A stretch of DNA of 64,000 nt from positions 1-64,000 of IMG/VR virus record IMGVR_UViG_3300049736_000695; one strand, 5' to 3'. The DNA comes from a virus. Below the pieces are notes generated by a model. The model was not told the origin of the DNA and searched no databases. It saw nothing but the letters and a program-made list of their open reading frames with translations. Made by a program: the position numbers and the translations under genes. This document shows, piece by piece, positions 28,894-38,822 of the stretch (the first letter of the stretch is position 1; each line of letters begins with the position of its first letter).

Positions 28894-31800
28894 TATCTTT
28901 GCTCCGCTGTATTGTCAATATATTTATTTTTCAAAATAGATACCATATCTTTATATGTGGTATAAGCATTTTCATAATTTTTTTCGTCTATATAAATGAC
29001 AGCCTTTTGAATTTGATCATCAATCCATTGCCATTCATTATCATCAGTTATCGCTTCTACGAGAATCGGTGCAATGACATAGTATTCTTGTACTTCTACT
29101 TTTTTGTTTGCCATATATTCGTCTCTAAATTTACGCAATTTAGTCAAGGTTGGGCCATCATCAGCTTCGCCTCTTCTTTCCACAACAGCTGTAGTAATAA
29201 AGCAATTTGATGCGCCGGCGCTGCTACTAGTGCCAGTATCATGGAATCCATGATTATAACCATCTGTTGGTGCATTATGCGTCCAAGTATTGCCACCATC
29301 ATATGAAGTATAGCCTGGACCGGAGGTATCATTACCTCCGCCACCGCCGCCGCCACCGCCGGAATATTTCTTGGTTGTGGTTCGAATGTGTTCTACATTT
29401 AGAACTCTTGTCGATTTAATTGTTTGATCAATTGTATCTAGATAGCCACTAGAAGTATACAGTGCTCTCGCAATTGTACCCGAAGATTTTTCATCATCAG
29501 CACTAATATCTAATATTTTAAACTGTTGTGCTCCAGTTCTAAATCTTTGAGCAGAGCTATTTGGAATAAAGAACGAGCCTTCAACTGCACCATTGGCATC
29601 AGTAAGAATTTCTGTTATACCTTCTGGGTGCGAAGTTGCATTATTATGTTTATTACCATAATCAGTTGGATCATCTGAGACTCTAGTGAATGTTTCTTCT
29701 CTCACCCAATTATCAACTCTTGTATTAGCAAAATATATCCAGACCTTAGAACTAGGTCTTAGGCCTTGCGCTTTAAAGTATACTTTCTTTGATCTCATGA
29801 ATGGAATAAGAGCAATATCAATCACCTTTTCATCAATTACTTCTAATAATGTTTCTTCTGAAACAACCTTATTTACATTAGCAATAATCTTTGATGAGGT
29901 AGATTCATCTTTTTTATTTGTTGTTGCACCTACTTGTAAATCATTAATTGATGTGCCACCCCAGTTCCATTCCCAGTTGTTCCAAAGATATGCCTGTTTA
30001 GTATCAAGCTTTGAACCGCCATCAATGATCTTTTTGGCTCTAATATTAACTTCTCTCCATTCATCAGATGACGGAGATAATTCAATATCTCCATGATAAA
30101 CAACTGCTTCAAATGGATTAATTCTGATATGCTTAGTTGCCTGAGTTTGTTTTGCGTAAGAAACTTCAGAATGTCTAAGATAGATATTGTCACCCTTTTT
30201 CACAACATTAAGTGATGCATCTGAATCATAAACTAACTTAATATTATCTTCATTAAACTGTGGAGCTAAAAATCCTAGTTTAGGATCAATTGACGCTCTA
30301 TAGTCTTCTACATCTAAATCACTAAATAATTGAGTTGAAAAATTATCAACAAAGAATCCAGACTTTGTTCTGTCTAAACCATTAGAATCAAGAACTGCAA
30401 AGTTTTTTGTATCAATTTCAAGTAAATTTAAAGCAGTCAGTTCTTCAATCTTATCAACCCTTTGTTCAATCTTGCCAATATCCTTCATTGTATATCTACG
30501 ATGATCAATTTTAGACATAGACAAATCAGAATCATTTAATGTATTCGCATTAAGTTCTATATTATATAGTGGCATCTGGCCAACTGGTACATATGGTGGT
30601 TGCGGTTGAAATGCCGGCAATCCTAATCTTAATTGCACATCGCCTTCACCGTTAAGAGTGAGTATTCCACGTTGTGGTAAATAATAATCAACATCTGCCA
30701 CAACCGTGTCATTTACTTGAGGTAATTCGTGGATTCTAGCGCCATCACTAGTTGTAATAAAATCTTCATCTGAGTCTTTTACCGATCTAAAATCTATAAC
30801 ATTTCTTAGACTTACTCTTTCGCCAGTAGTTTTTCTAAATGAAGGAATATCAGCATAATCTATTTGTCCAGTGTAAGAGTTAATAGCAAAGAAATCTCCA
30901 TTAGCACCGTGATTAAAATATTGGTATCTTACAAATACAGTATTTGGTGCTGACATGCCTGGCTTTAATTTTAATTTACCGTGAGCATAAAAATTATCTC
31001 TTTGTCCATTGTCTATTTCATATCTATTTTTTAGGTCGATGCCATCAGAATCATCTTCTCTTATTCTTAGAACTTTAAAAATATCCGGTTTTTCTAAACC
31101 TACAGATCCATCAGCTGAAGCGGGGCCTTTAGTCAAAGTTGTTTCAGTTAGAGTTTTACTTCTAACGACACCAATAGATTTATTTACATATGCTAAAATT
31201 TCAACAGTAGAGCTTGTAGGTAATCCTGTAAAGTTAGCAGCAACTTGACCGGCAGGAGATGAACTAAATGTCAAACCTGTTGTAATAATATTTGTACCAG
31301 CTTTTGCAACAACCCAATCATTCTCATTTGCAAATGTTTCACCAGTTGCAGTTAATGAAATAGTTGCAGTTCCAGTACCACTTGTTGTTACTTGAAATCT
31401 TCTTTGTGTTTGTAAAGCAATATCATCTAAAGCCTTTGGCCTAGTTTGTGGTAATGTAAATAGAAGATTGTTTTTTCTAACGTCTCTTAATTCTGTTTTA
31501 CCGCCAGGTCTGTATAGGTTAAAATAATCACTGACACCTGTACCAACACTCATTGCATCTCTAAAGTTTTTGGTTGCATTCATTTGAATATCGAAAAGAT
31601 AAAATCTATAAAGATTTCCAGCATCTTCAGACACAGATCTTACTCTACATGTACCTATTGAAATACCACCGTGAGCTGCTGCAGATCTAATATTTAATTT
31701 AGCAAATGTATTAATGTTTGGTAGACCTTTAGTGTTAGAGGCAGTGCCTGCATCAACTAAAACATAGTTACCAAATCCAACGGGTGTTACCTCATTTTCT

Positions 31801-32864
31801 ATTTCAGCAGTAGAAAATGGCTTTGTAATTCTATCAGTATAAGGCACATAAAGCTTTGTTCTATATCCGCCAATAACTGCAATGCCCGGACTAAGATTAA
31901 GAATTAAATTATCTTTATCAGAATCTTCTTCAAATGTCAATTTAAAAGGTTTTACGAGATAATCGCCAGAATTTTCTTTAATTCTAGTTGCAATAAAATC
32001 ATTAACTACATTATAAGAATTATCAGCATCAATTACTTTTGAAATAACACCTTCAGTAATATTAGCAAGTGGGATAAAATTTTCATTAGATATAATTTTA
32101 TCTTGTGTTGTTAATGTAAGCGTAATTTTAAGTCGATCAGCTCCTGGAGATGAAACGTTCGGCACAGCGCCTTGATTATCATAAAGAGCAGTGTCATCGT
32201 CAACAGTGGCAATTGTCTCATCAATTTTATAACCAACTGTCTTGGTAACGGTATCACTAAATTTAGAAACAATATGACTTTGTTTTTCAGTAAATACAAA
32301 AAACCCTTTTGCAAAATAAACACCGGCATCAATTGAATATCTTACACCTCTGCCGACTGCAGGATTATCATCTGTATTTGTTTCTTGCACTCTAAGTGTT
32401 GTTGCACCATTTGTAATCGTTTCTCCTGGCGTAAATCTTACAGTTATAGCACCGGCAAGAGCGGTAGGAGCATTTGTATAAGCAATATAAATTGCTGCAG
32501 GGTCACCATCCTCGGCATCAATAACCTCAATAATTCTTGCTGTAACACCTGAAATGTTTCCGGTAAATACTGTACCGACAAGTGAACCGAAGCCATTAGG
32601 AAGCGCGTACTGTGTAGTAATAAGCTTTGCAAATTCATATGAGTTATTTAAGACTGATTCACCAGGTTTTACAACGCCTCCTTCTTTGAAGACATTATTA
32701 CCAAATTTGGTAATCTGCTGTTGCAGTATTGTTTGCATCTGTGTAAGTTCACGAGCTTGCAAAGGTCTGCCGCTATTAAACAAGATTCGATAGTAACCAT
32801 CGCTGTCGGCAAAATCATCTTTATATGTGTTACTTAGAACCCGTGAATTGAGTTTACTTGACAT
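28893..32864 (-). CDS. VrlC/DUF4815-like virion protein, N-terminal part, with C-terminal CFI-box domain
   Basis: YKDDF...YYRILF..GRPLQARELTQ.Q, PGADR, DNGQRD, RYTMKDI, KSGFFVDNF; ends with Gly tract and CFITTA...LRKFRD...YY.IAP. Confidence 0.8.
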   Translation of the reverse strand: MSSKLNSRVLSNTYKDDFADSDGYYRILFNSGRPLQARELTQMQTILQQQITKFGNNVFKEGGVVKPGESVLNNSYEFAKLITTQYALPNGFGSLVGTVFTGNISGVTARIIEVIDAEDGDPAAIYIAYTNAPTALAGAITVRFTPGETITNGATTLRVQETNTDDNPAVGRGVRYSIDAGVYFAKGFFVFTEKQSHIVSKFSDTVTKTVGYKIDETIATVDDDTALYDNQGAVPNVSSPGADRLKITLTLTTQDKIISNENFIPLANITEGVISKVIDADNSYNVVNDFIATRIKENSGDYLVKPFKLTFEEDSDKDNLILNLSPGIAVIGGYRTKLYVPYTDRITKPFSTAEIENEVTPVGFGNYVLVDAGTASNTKGLPNINTFAKLNIRSAAAHGGISIGTCRVRSVSEDAGNLYRFYLFDIQMNATKNFRDAMSVGTGVSDYFNLYRPGGKTELRDVRKNNLLFTLPQTRPKALDDIALQTQRRFQVTTSGTGTATISLTATGETFANENDWVVAKAGTNIITTGLTFSSSPAGQVAANFTGLPTSSTVEILAYVNKSIGVVRSKTLTETTLTKGPASADGSVGLEKPDIFKVLRIREDDSDGIDLKNRYEIDNGQRDNFYAHGKLKLKPGMSAPNTVFVRYQYFNHGANGDFFAINSYTGQIDYADIPSFRKTTGERVSLRNVIDFRSVKDSDEDFITTSDGARIHELPQVNDTVVADVDYYLPQRGILTLNGEGDVQLRLGLPAFQPQPPYVPVGQMPLYNIELNANTLNDSDLSMSKIDHRRYTMKDIGKIEQRVDKIEELTALNLLEIDTKNFAVLDSNGLDRTKSGFFVDNFSTQLFSDLDVEDYRASIDPKLGFLAPQFNEDNIKLVYDSDASLNVVKKGDNIYLRHSEVSYAKQTQATKHIRINPFEAVVYHGDIELSPSSDEWREVNIRAKKIIDGGSKLDTKQAYLWNNWEWNWGGTSINDLQVGATTNKKDESTSSKIIANVNKVVSEETLLEVIDEKVIDIALIPFMRSKKVYFKAQGLRPSSKVWIYFANTRVDNWVREETFTRVSDDPTDYGNKHNNATSHPEGITEILTDANGAVEGSFFIPNSSAQRFRTGAQQFKILDISADDEKSSGTIARALYTSSGYLDTIDQTIKSTRVLNVEHIRTTTKKYSGGGGGGGGGNDTSGPGYTSYDGGNTWTHNAPTDGYNHGFHDTGTSSSAGASNCFITTAVVERRGEADDGPTLTKLRKFRDEYMANKKVEVQEYYVIAPILVEAITDDNEWQWIDDQIQKAVIYIDEKNYENAYTTYKDMVSILKNKYIDNTAEQR

Positions 32865-32874
32865 ATTCTAATCC

Positions 32875-34230
32875 TTAAAATTGAATAATAACTTTAACGT
32901 CTTCATTTTGTGCAATGCTTCTATCAACCGGAGATCTGTTATCAATAAACAATACTTCACCAGTTGAAGGTAATACTTCTGGTAATATAGCTGCTGAATC
33001 TACTGTTCCTTCACCGGCTCCATTTGTTTCTTCAATTAATTCTCCTGGTTGAAAAGCTACAAAACCAGTGGCATTCGTTTGGTGATAATATAGAATATCT
33101 GAATCTACTTCATCTATATATGCTTCTGCTAAAGTAGTTGCACCACGAATAATTTTATCTGCAGTAAATTGTGTAATAATCGCGCCAAGTTTCATAGACT
33201 TAAGCGCATTACCCGTTGTTTCTGTAAAGATTGAACCTGAATTACTTTGTATATCTCTTATTAAACCGACTTGTCTAAAATCTTGATTTACAATAAAGTC
33301 ACTATCAGTTCCCTTTAGTTCTGCATGGAACATGACCGATGCTGATTTAAGATCTTCGCGTGGATCACGGCCAATACCAGAATCAGGTCCGAGTACTGCT
33401 CGTGCTGTAGCATTAAGTGTTGCACCTCCACCAGTAATTGAAATCGTGGGATTCGTATAACCCGAGCCATGCCCTGCAACATCACCGTTTGTACTATCAT
33501 CCATACGAATACGAACAACTTGTCCCGTTGCTGAATCAATAGTAATATTAAAACTAGCATTGTTTCCATTAGGATCTGTAATTGTTGCAGTTGGAACACT
33601 CGTATAACCTGCTCCACCGTCTGTTACAATAATACTTAATATTTCACCGGGTGTTGCCGCATTTTGTACGGCGGCTTGTTTAAGCTGAATACCAGTTGAA
33701 TTAGAATCAGTTGTGTCTTGTAAAAGTGTAGGCATAAAATTTGCTGATAAGAAATTATTTGCTCTTTCAGCACTAATTGTAAATAGGAATTTCCATACGT
33801 AACCATCAGCTTCTCTACGAGAATCAAGATTAGCATGAGTAGGTTGCTCAATAGAAGGACTTGCTGCGCCAGTAGCATCACGTCCAGTTTCTAAACAGAC
33901 ATAGACTTGACGTGATTCATTCATTATATAATACGGCAGTGTAGGATATCCTCCTTGCTGATCATCATACTGTGAGTAAATTCTACCAGATGACCATGTA
34001 TTACGTGGAACAACGAGTGATGTAGCTTCAACTTTCTTTACAGACTGTAAGCTATTTCTAAATGCCTCAGTAGTAGTTGGAGTGTTAGTAGGTGTTGGGA
34101 CCGTATCTGAAGAATCCCACTGCTCTGATCGTCCTATACCAATATAATACTTTCTTGTATCATTAGTAAATTGATCAAAGAAGTCCTGTGCAATTTGTCT
34201 TCTTAGTGCGTCTGTTACAATCGCTGGCAT
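32875..34230 (-). CDS. gp8: baseplate wedge subunit gp8-like
   Basis: YYIGIGR...W, VPR..W.SG..Y, VYVCL, DGYVWKFLFTI, FRQVGL, GEVLFIDNR.P..R...Q.EDVK.IIQF. Confidence 0.85.
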   Translation of the reverse strand: MPAIVTDALRRQIAQDFFDQFTNDTRKYYIGIGRSEQWDSSDTVPTPTNTPTTTEAFRNSLQSVKKVEATSLVVPRNTWSSGRIYSQYDDQQGGYPTLPYYIMNESRQVYVCLETGRDATGAASPSIEQPTHANLDSRREADGYVWKFLFTISAERANNFLSANFMPTLLQDTTDSNSTGIQLKQAAVQNAATPGEILSIIVTDGGAGYTSVPTATITDPNGNNASFNITIDSATGQVVRIRMDDSTNGDVAGHGSGYTNPTISITGGGATLNATARAVLGPDSGIGRDPREDLKSASVMFHAELKGTDSDFIVNQDFRQVGLIRDIQSNSGSIFTETTGNALKSMKLGAIITQFTADKIIRGATTLAEAYIDEVDSDILYYHQTNATGFVAFQPGELIEETNGAGEGTVDSAAILPEVLPSTGEVLFIDNRSPVDRSIAQNEDVKVIIQF

Positions 34231-34243
34231 TTTCTATATCCTA

Positions 34244-35458
34244 TTAAGTACTAATTTGATTTCCAAGTGCAATTCTTCTGTAATATCCCGCATCACTGTC
34301 GTAGACTGCAAGACAAGGTGCACCGGAATTACCGTTATTAACAAAAATTGTATTGCCATGTGGCACACTGTTTGGTACAGTATTTACTTCATAATTTCTA
34401 AAATCAATTTCTACTGCTTTGGCTCTTACATAATCAGAATCAACTGTTGCTTGAACATCCGAATCAGTAAATGCTGCTCTAGGTAGTGCAAACCAGCCAT
34501 CGCTATCTTTAAAGTTAAAATCTTTTGTTGCGCTATTGTAGTGAACTGTACCTTGACCGACAGAGCCACTATTAGTTGAATTATGACCGAGCTGTATATA
34601 ACCCGCAGGAGTATTCGAATCTCCGATTCTAATTTGTGGTGCGTTTTGGCTAAAGTGTACATAACCAAGACCATCAATTGTGCCAAAATTAAACTTAGGC
34701 GATCTTAGATTTACACTACTAGAATCTACAATTGAGTTACCTTTAAGGTCCATAGAATTTTCGACCTTAATATTTGCTTCAATTGGTCGACCAAATGTAA
34801 TATTACTTCCATCATTTTTAATTGTAGTATCACCTAAGTGAATAGTTGAGCCACTTAAATATAAGTCTTTCCATTTACGAGCAGAATCGCCTAGATCATA
34901 CGCGCTATCAATTGAAGGTACAACGTGACCAGCAATGGCTGTTAATTTTGTAAAGAGTGCAGAATCAGTACCGGCAAGTTGTCTAGCCTGAACATATGCA
35001 GAATCAATAAGAACAATGGCTTCAGCCGAATCAATTGAATTAGCTTGAACAATAAGTAGTGTGGCACCTGAATCCTGTGCAACACCAGTTCTTAATGCAA
35101 TATAATCTGAATCAACTGTAGTATTAATAATATTAATTGTAGCTGCATTTACAACTGCACTAATATTTGTATCTAGAACTAGAGTTCCACTTGAATCGGG
35201 TAGGTTGATCGTATTATCTTTAGTAGGATTAATAACGCTTAGTGTAGTTTCAAAAGAATCTGCTGTACCTTCAAATATAACTTCATTACTATCAAAGGTA
35301 ACACCTAAATTAGCAGCAGCACCAGAAGTAACTTGCAGAGTTCTTACATCAGTGTAAAGTTCATCGAAATTATCGTTTATCTTATTGCCAGCAGTGCGTA
35401 AATCGTCACCGGTACCGTCATTACCAGTACTTCCGACATTAATAGTTTGCTTACCCAT
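34244..35458 (-). CDS. gp9/gp10-like baseplate-fibre connector, DS-rich (16 DS)
   Basis: KQTINVG...NDGTGD.LR.AG.KINDNF.ELY N-terminus of T4 gp9/gp10. Confidence 0.8.
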   Translation of the reverse strand: MGKQTINVGSTGNDGTGDDLRTAGNKINDNFDELYTDVRTLQVTSGAAANLGVTFDSNEVIFEGTADSFETTLSVINPTKDNTINLPDSSGTLVLDTNISAVVNAATINIINTTVDSDYIALRTGVAQDSGATLLIVQANSIDSAEAIVLIDSAYVQARQLAGTDSALFTKLTAIAGHVVPSIDSAYDLGDSARKWKDLYLSGSTIHLGDTTIKNDGSNITFGRPIEANIKVENSMDLKGNSIVDSSSVNLRSPKFNFGTIDGLGYVHFSQNAPQIRIGDSNTPAGYIQLGHNSTNSGSVGQGTVHYNSATKDFNFKDSDGWFALPRAAFTDSDVQATVDSDYVRAKAVEIDFRNYEVNTVPNSVPHGNTIFVNNGNSGAPCLAVYDSDAGYYRRIALGNQIST

Positions 35459-35485
35459 ATTAAATCCTACAAATTGAATTATTGT

Positions 35486-35493
35486 TATTTATA
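35486..35493 (-). promoter_or_regulatory. T4-type late promoter TATAAATA
   Basis: Exact consensus, intergenic. Confidence 0.8.
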
Positions 35494-35499
35494 TAGTTT

Positions 35500-36510
35500 C
35501 TATAGCCCTGGAGTAACATAGTTGCCAATTACTGAACTGTTAAGGTTTTCTACATAACCAGGTTCTGCGTATGCTGCGCATACGACTTCATATTGTCTTA
35601 GATCCATTGTTTCATATTGATTATCAAAACTCATTACAGATGTATCCATAGTAATACCAGCTTTAGGGAACCCGCCCCATTCATCTAGATTACTATACCA
35701 AGTTGTAAAGTACTGCATGCTATTTGTCGCGCCACCGTAGAAATCGATAGTACGTAATGGATTCATTCTTTGTGGACAACCGTCAGAATCACCACCATCA
35801 TCTGCAATAAGTATCGTTGCATCAGTCTCAGGTAAATATGTAAGTGCTGCTGATGCTATTATCTTTAACCCTGGATCTAAATCAGGGTTTGACGACGCCG
35901 TTGAAATAACAACTTGACCTTCGCCTTCAAGTACAGTTTGCGCACCTAAGAAAAATCCAGTAGGATGTACAAATCTGCGATAAAGTTGTTCCCACGTATT
36001 AAGTGATATAGGCGACTTAATCATTATTGACAGAATTTGGTATAATCTGCCATCAGTAAGAACAAATGCTTGCTCAGGCCCGATTGGATCAACTCCAACT
36101 TTTAATATAGATTCCTTTGGATATACTACTTCTACATTTTCTTGAAAGAAAGCTCTAAAGAAACCGTCTGCAGAATAAAGAGAACCTTTTACTCTAAAGA
36201 AATTACCAAAGTTTCTAAGCGCTTCTCTTGGAAATGTAAATTGAGTGTGTGATATTCCTAATGCAAGTTCATCAAATACAAAGTCAAGTCTTTTTAATGT
36301 AGCATCTTGCAAATCTCTTATTGTATTTAATTCAGCAACAGCACCGCCAAAGTTATCATCTGAATCTAAAAATTCGTAATAACCTTCTAGAAACTGTACT
36401 AGACTCGGATATGACTGCTGAAAATATTCAGGCAATGACTCTTGAACCAAGCTTTTTCTAAAGTTTGGATCGAACCTAAAATAATCTTTTTGCGTTTCGA
36501 AGGATGCCAT
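35500..36510 (-). CDS. gp7: baseplate wedge subunit gp7-like (short)
   Basis: LPEYF...YP..V.FL..YYEF, KGS..S...FFR.FF.E.VEV.YP, VHP.GF; position after gp6. Confidence 0.7.
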   Translation of the reverse strand: MASFETQKDYFRFDPNFRKSLVQESLPEYFQQSYPSLVQFLEGYYEFLDSDDNFGGAVAELNTIRDLQDATLKRLDFVFDELALGISHTQFTFPREALRNFGNFFRVKGSLYSADGFFRAFFQENVEVVYPKESILKVGVDPIGPEQAFVLTDGRLYQILSIMIKSPISLNTWEQLYRRFVHPTGFFLGAQTVLEGEGQVVISTASSNPDLDPGLKIIASAALTYLPETDATILIADDGGDSDGCPQRMNPLRTIDFYGGATNSMQYFTTWYSNLDEWGGFPKAGITMDTSVMSFDNQYETMDLRQYEVVCAAYAEPGYVENLNSSVIGNYVTPGL

Positions 36511-38354
36511 TAGATACTAACTTGTAGATTTGGTGTCTGTCTGTCAATCCTTGCAGTTACCGAAGATCGATCAGTATCAAGCGCGAGGATATAATTTCTA
36601 AGTGGTTCAATCTTTGCATCACTTTGAGGTGTTATGTTTACTTTTAAAAATGATTTGCCGCTAACAATTTGACTTGGCTCGAATCCAATAAATGTTACTT
36701 TACCGTTTGCTGGGTTATAAGAACCTAGGTTATCAAGTAGAACATTTCCTTGTAAGTCAAAAATTTGTAAAACATTTGAAGATAATTTATTTTTAATTTG
36801 GGCCGGCAATCCATTAAATTCAATAGTATCCGATTGAACTCTATGAAAAACATCATCAGGCGATGCAATAGGTACAGGAAAATTTAACACAAAATTATTA
36901 GAAGCATTAACAACAACATTTTGTCTCATTTGCACTTTGATATTAATATCGTTAGATAAAATAGATTTATCTAGAGCATCAATTTCTGTTGTAAGATTTG
37001 ATTTTCGAAACACTTGACCAAAATCTCTAAGAAAACTATTAAAGTAGGTTTTTATAAAGCCCATAATTTGAGTTTCCATGGCGCCAAGCGTAGTTCCCGT
37101 GAGACCTGGATCAAATTGTACATCATCGTTTAATTCAAGGAAGACATAGACAGGATCTACAAATTCTGGTTTAATTGACATAACCGCAAGATTTGTAGTA
37201 TAGTTAGATACAATAGCATCTTTTACTGCCCGTTGTACTGAACTAGAAGTGCCACTAGTAAAGTTAATTGATATGAAAACTTTACCATAATCAATAGGCA
37301 CATTTTCGTCACCGCTCCATACGGATGCTGAAGAAACCTGAGGAAAGTTTGATTCAATCATTGCTTTGTAATCAAGAGAAGTGACAAGCCTTTGCTGACC
37401 TGCATAAGCGATTGGTGCAAGCTGTCTAATAGATTCTATAGATTGTTTTTCAGCACCGCCACTTGATTCAGTGTTTGTTACAACACTTAAAGAATATTCA
37501 ATACCACCAATTGTAATTCCACTTGTAGGTGTAAAGAGAGTACCGTTATTTGCTAATGGTCCCTTACATGAAAGATATTTTACTTCTACCTTTTCGCCGG
37601 GTTCAGGTGATTTGCCGAATGAAATGCCATCACCGAAGTTTAATTCATAAAATCCATTTGGAGATTCATGTAATGAAAAATGAGTAGTTGTTGCATCAAC
37701 ATTAATTGCCTGACTTAGAGGAGTAAAAGTTACAAAGCTTGATGAACTTACTGACTCAAATACTTTTACATCTGCTGTAAGTGTATCAATCGTTTCATCA
37801 GGTATAATATAGATCTGTCTTTCTACTTTTTCTCCAACAAGAAACGTTTTAGTTTTTTCAATTCCTTCAGTTATAGAAATGTTTTCACTACCGGCTGCAT
37901 TTTTAAATATGTACAATCCTGTGCCATCATCACTAGCAATAATAGCTTCTCTAGTTCTAAACGTATATGTTACACCATCAATAGAACTTGTAAATTGTTT
38001 TCCTCTATTAATAGTTAATTTTGCAGGTCGACCAGATACACTTGATAAATTAATTGAAATATTAATAAGTGCATTTGCGGCAGTACGAGATCTCGTTTGA
38101 TATCCAAGCATTTGTGCGTGTGATACTACAGAACTTCTTAATTGTGCAGTCGTAAGAAAAGATTCATTCATTGCAAAGTTAGCAGTGAGACCATTAAGAT
38201 GTGTATTATATGCGAGGACATCAAGCACATTCGAAAGACCTGAAGCTTCAAAATCATAACTCGAAAATTCTGATTTACTTTTCAGATGACTTTTAAGACT
38301 TTGCTTAATATTATTAAAATCTAGATCGGATGATTTTACTGTACTTGTTGCCAT
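36510..38354 (-). CDS. gp6: baseplate wedge subunit gp6
   Basis: LDF..IK.SLK, YDFE.SGLS..LDVLAYNTH, NESFL.TA.LR.SVVS.A, FGDG..GK, Q.RLVT..DY, YGKVFIS. Confidence 0.93.
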   Translation of the reverse strand: MATSTVKSSDLDFNNIKQSLKSHLKSKSEFSSYDFEASGLSNVLDVLAYNTHLNGLTANFAMNESFLTTAQLRSSVVSHAQMLGYQTRSRTAANALINISINLSSVSGRPAKLTINRGKQFTSSIDGVTYTFRTREAIIASDDGTGLYIFKNAAGSENISITEGIEKTKTFLVGEKVERQIYIIPDETIDTLTADVKVFESVSSSSFVTFTPLSQAINVDATTTHFSLHESPNGFYELNFGDGISFGKSPEPGEKVEVKYLSCKGPLANNGTLFTPTSGITIGGIEYSLSVVTNTESSGGAEKQSIESIRQLAPIAYAGQQRLVTSLDYKAMIESNFPQVSSASVWSGDENVPIDYGKVFISINFTSGTSSSVQRAVKDAIVSNYTTNLAVMSIKPEFVDPVYVFLELNDDVQFDPGLTGTTLGAMETQIMGFIKTYFNSFLRDFGQVFRKSNLTTEIDALDKSILSNDINIKVQMRQNVVVNASNNFVLNFPVPIASPDDVFHRVQSDTIEFNGLPAQIKNKLSSNVLQIFDLQGNVLLDNLGSYNPANGKVTFIGFEPSQIVSGKSFLKVNITPQSDAKIEPLRNYILALDTDRSSVTARIDRQTPNLQVSI

Positions 38355-38801
38355 TTATCTTAACCTTGTCAACGTTAGATCAAGTACAACTAATTCAGAT
38401 GTACTTAATACTTGAAATTCTACTGTAACTACTACTTCGTTTCTTGCTGGATATACATTGCCATTAACTTGTAGTACTTGAGCTCTAGGCTCATATAGAT
38501 CTACACACTCAATTATTTTTTCTGCTAATATATCAAAGTCTGTTTCAGTATCTAATTCGAAAAGAAAAGCATTTAAGTTGGCACCAAATTTCATATTAAA
38601 CGGCTTTTCAGTATTATTAGTAAGCAAAAGATTTTTTACAGACTGTTTAACATCAGCAGACTCGAGCTTCTTAAAAAGATCTCCGGATGGTTTTGGTGTA
38701 AATGTTAAATCAATATCTGAATAGGTCTGTTCCCTTGCAACAACAATTGATTTGTTAGCAAGATTACCGTCTTCAATAGAAAATGCTTTGTTTACTGCCA
38801 T
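38355..38801 (-). CDS. gp25: baseplate wedge subunit gp25
   Basis: YSDIDL.F, VKQSVKNLLLT...EKPF...FG..L...LFE, YEPR. Confidence 0.92.
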   Translation of the reverse strand: MAVNKAFSIEDGNLANKSIVVAREQTYSDIDLTFTPKPSGDLFKKLESADVKQSVKNLLLTNNTEKPFNMKFGANLNAFLFELDTETDFDILAEKIIECVDLYEPRAQVLQVNGNVYPARNEVVVTVEFQVLSTSELVVLDLTLTRLR

Positions 38802-38809
38802 AGTGTTAC

Positions 38810-38817
38810 TATTTATA
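38810..38817 (-). promoter_or_regulatory. T4-type late promoter TATAAATA
   Basis: Exact consensus 8 nt before gp25 ATG. Confidence 0.75.
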
Positions 38818-38822
38818 TCCTT

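Noticed and set aside
28893-29204. Intein/Hint domain
   Set aside because: Starts with CF but lacks Hint block B (TxxH) and terminal HN; fits the helical CFI-box pattern instead.
5022-35458. DS enrichment as a DNA-level GANTC (CcrM/HinfI) site enrichment
   Set aside because: Many DS pairs use GAT-AGT/AGC, which contain no GANTC, and the motif stays in frame, so selection appears to be on the protein.
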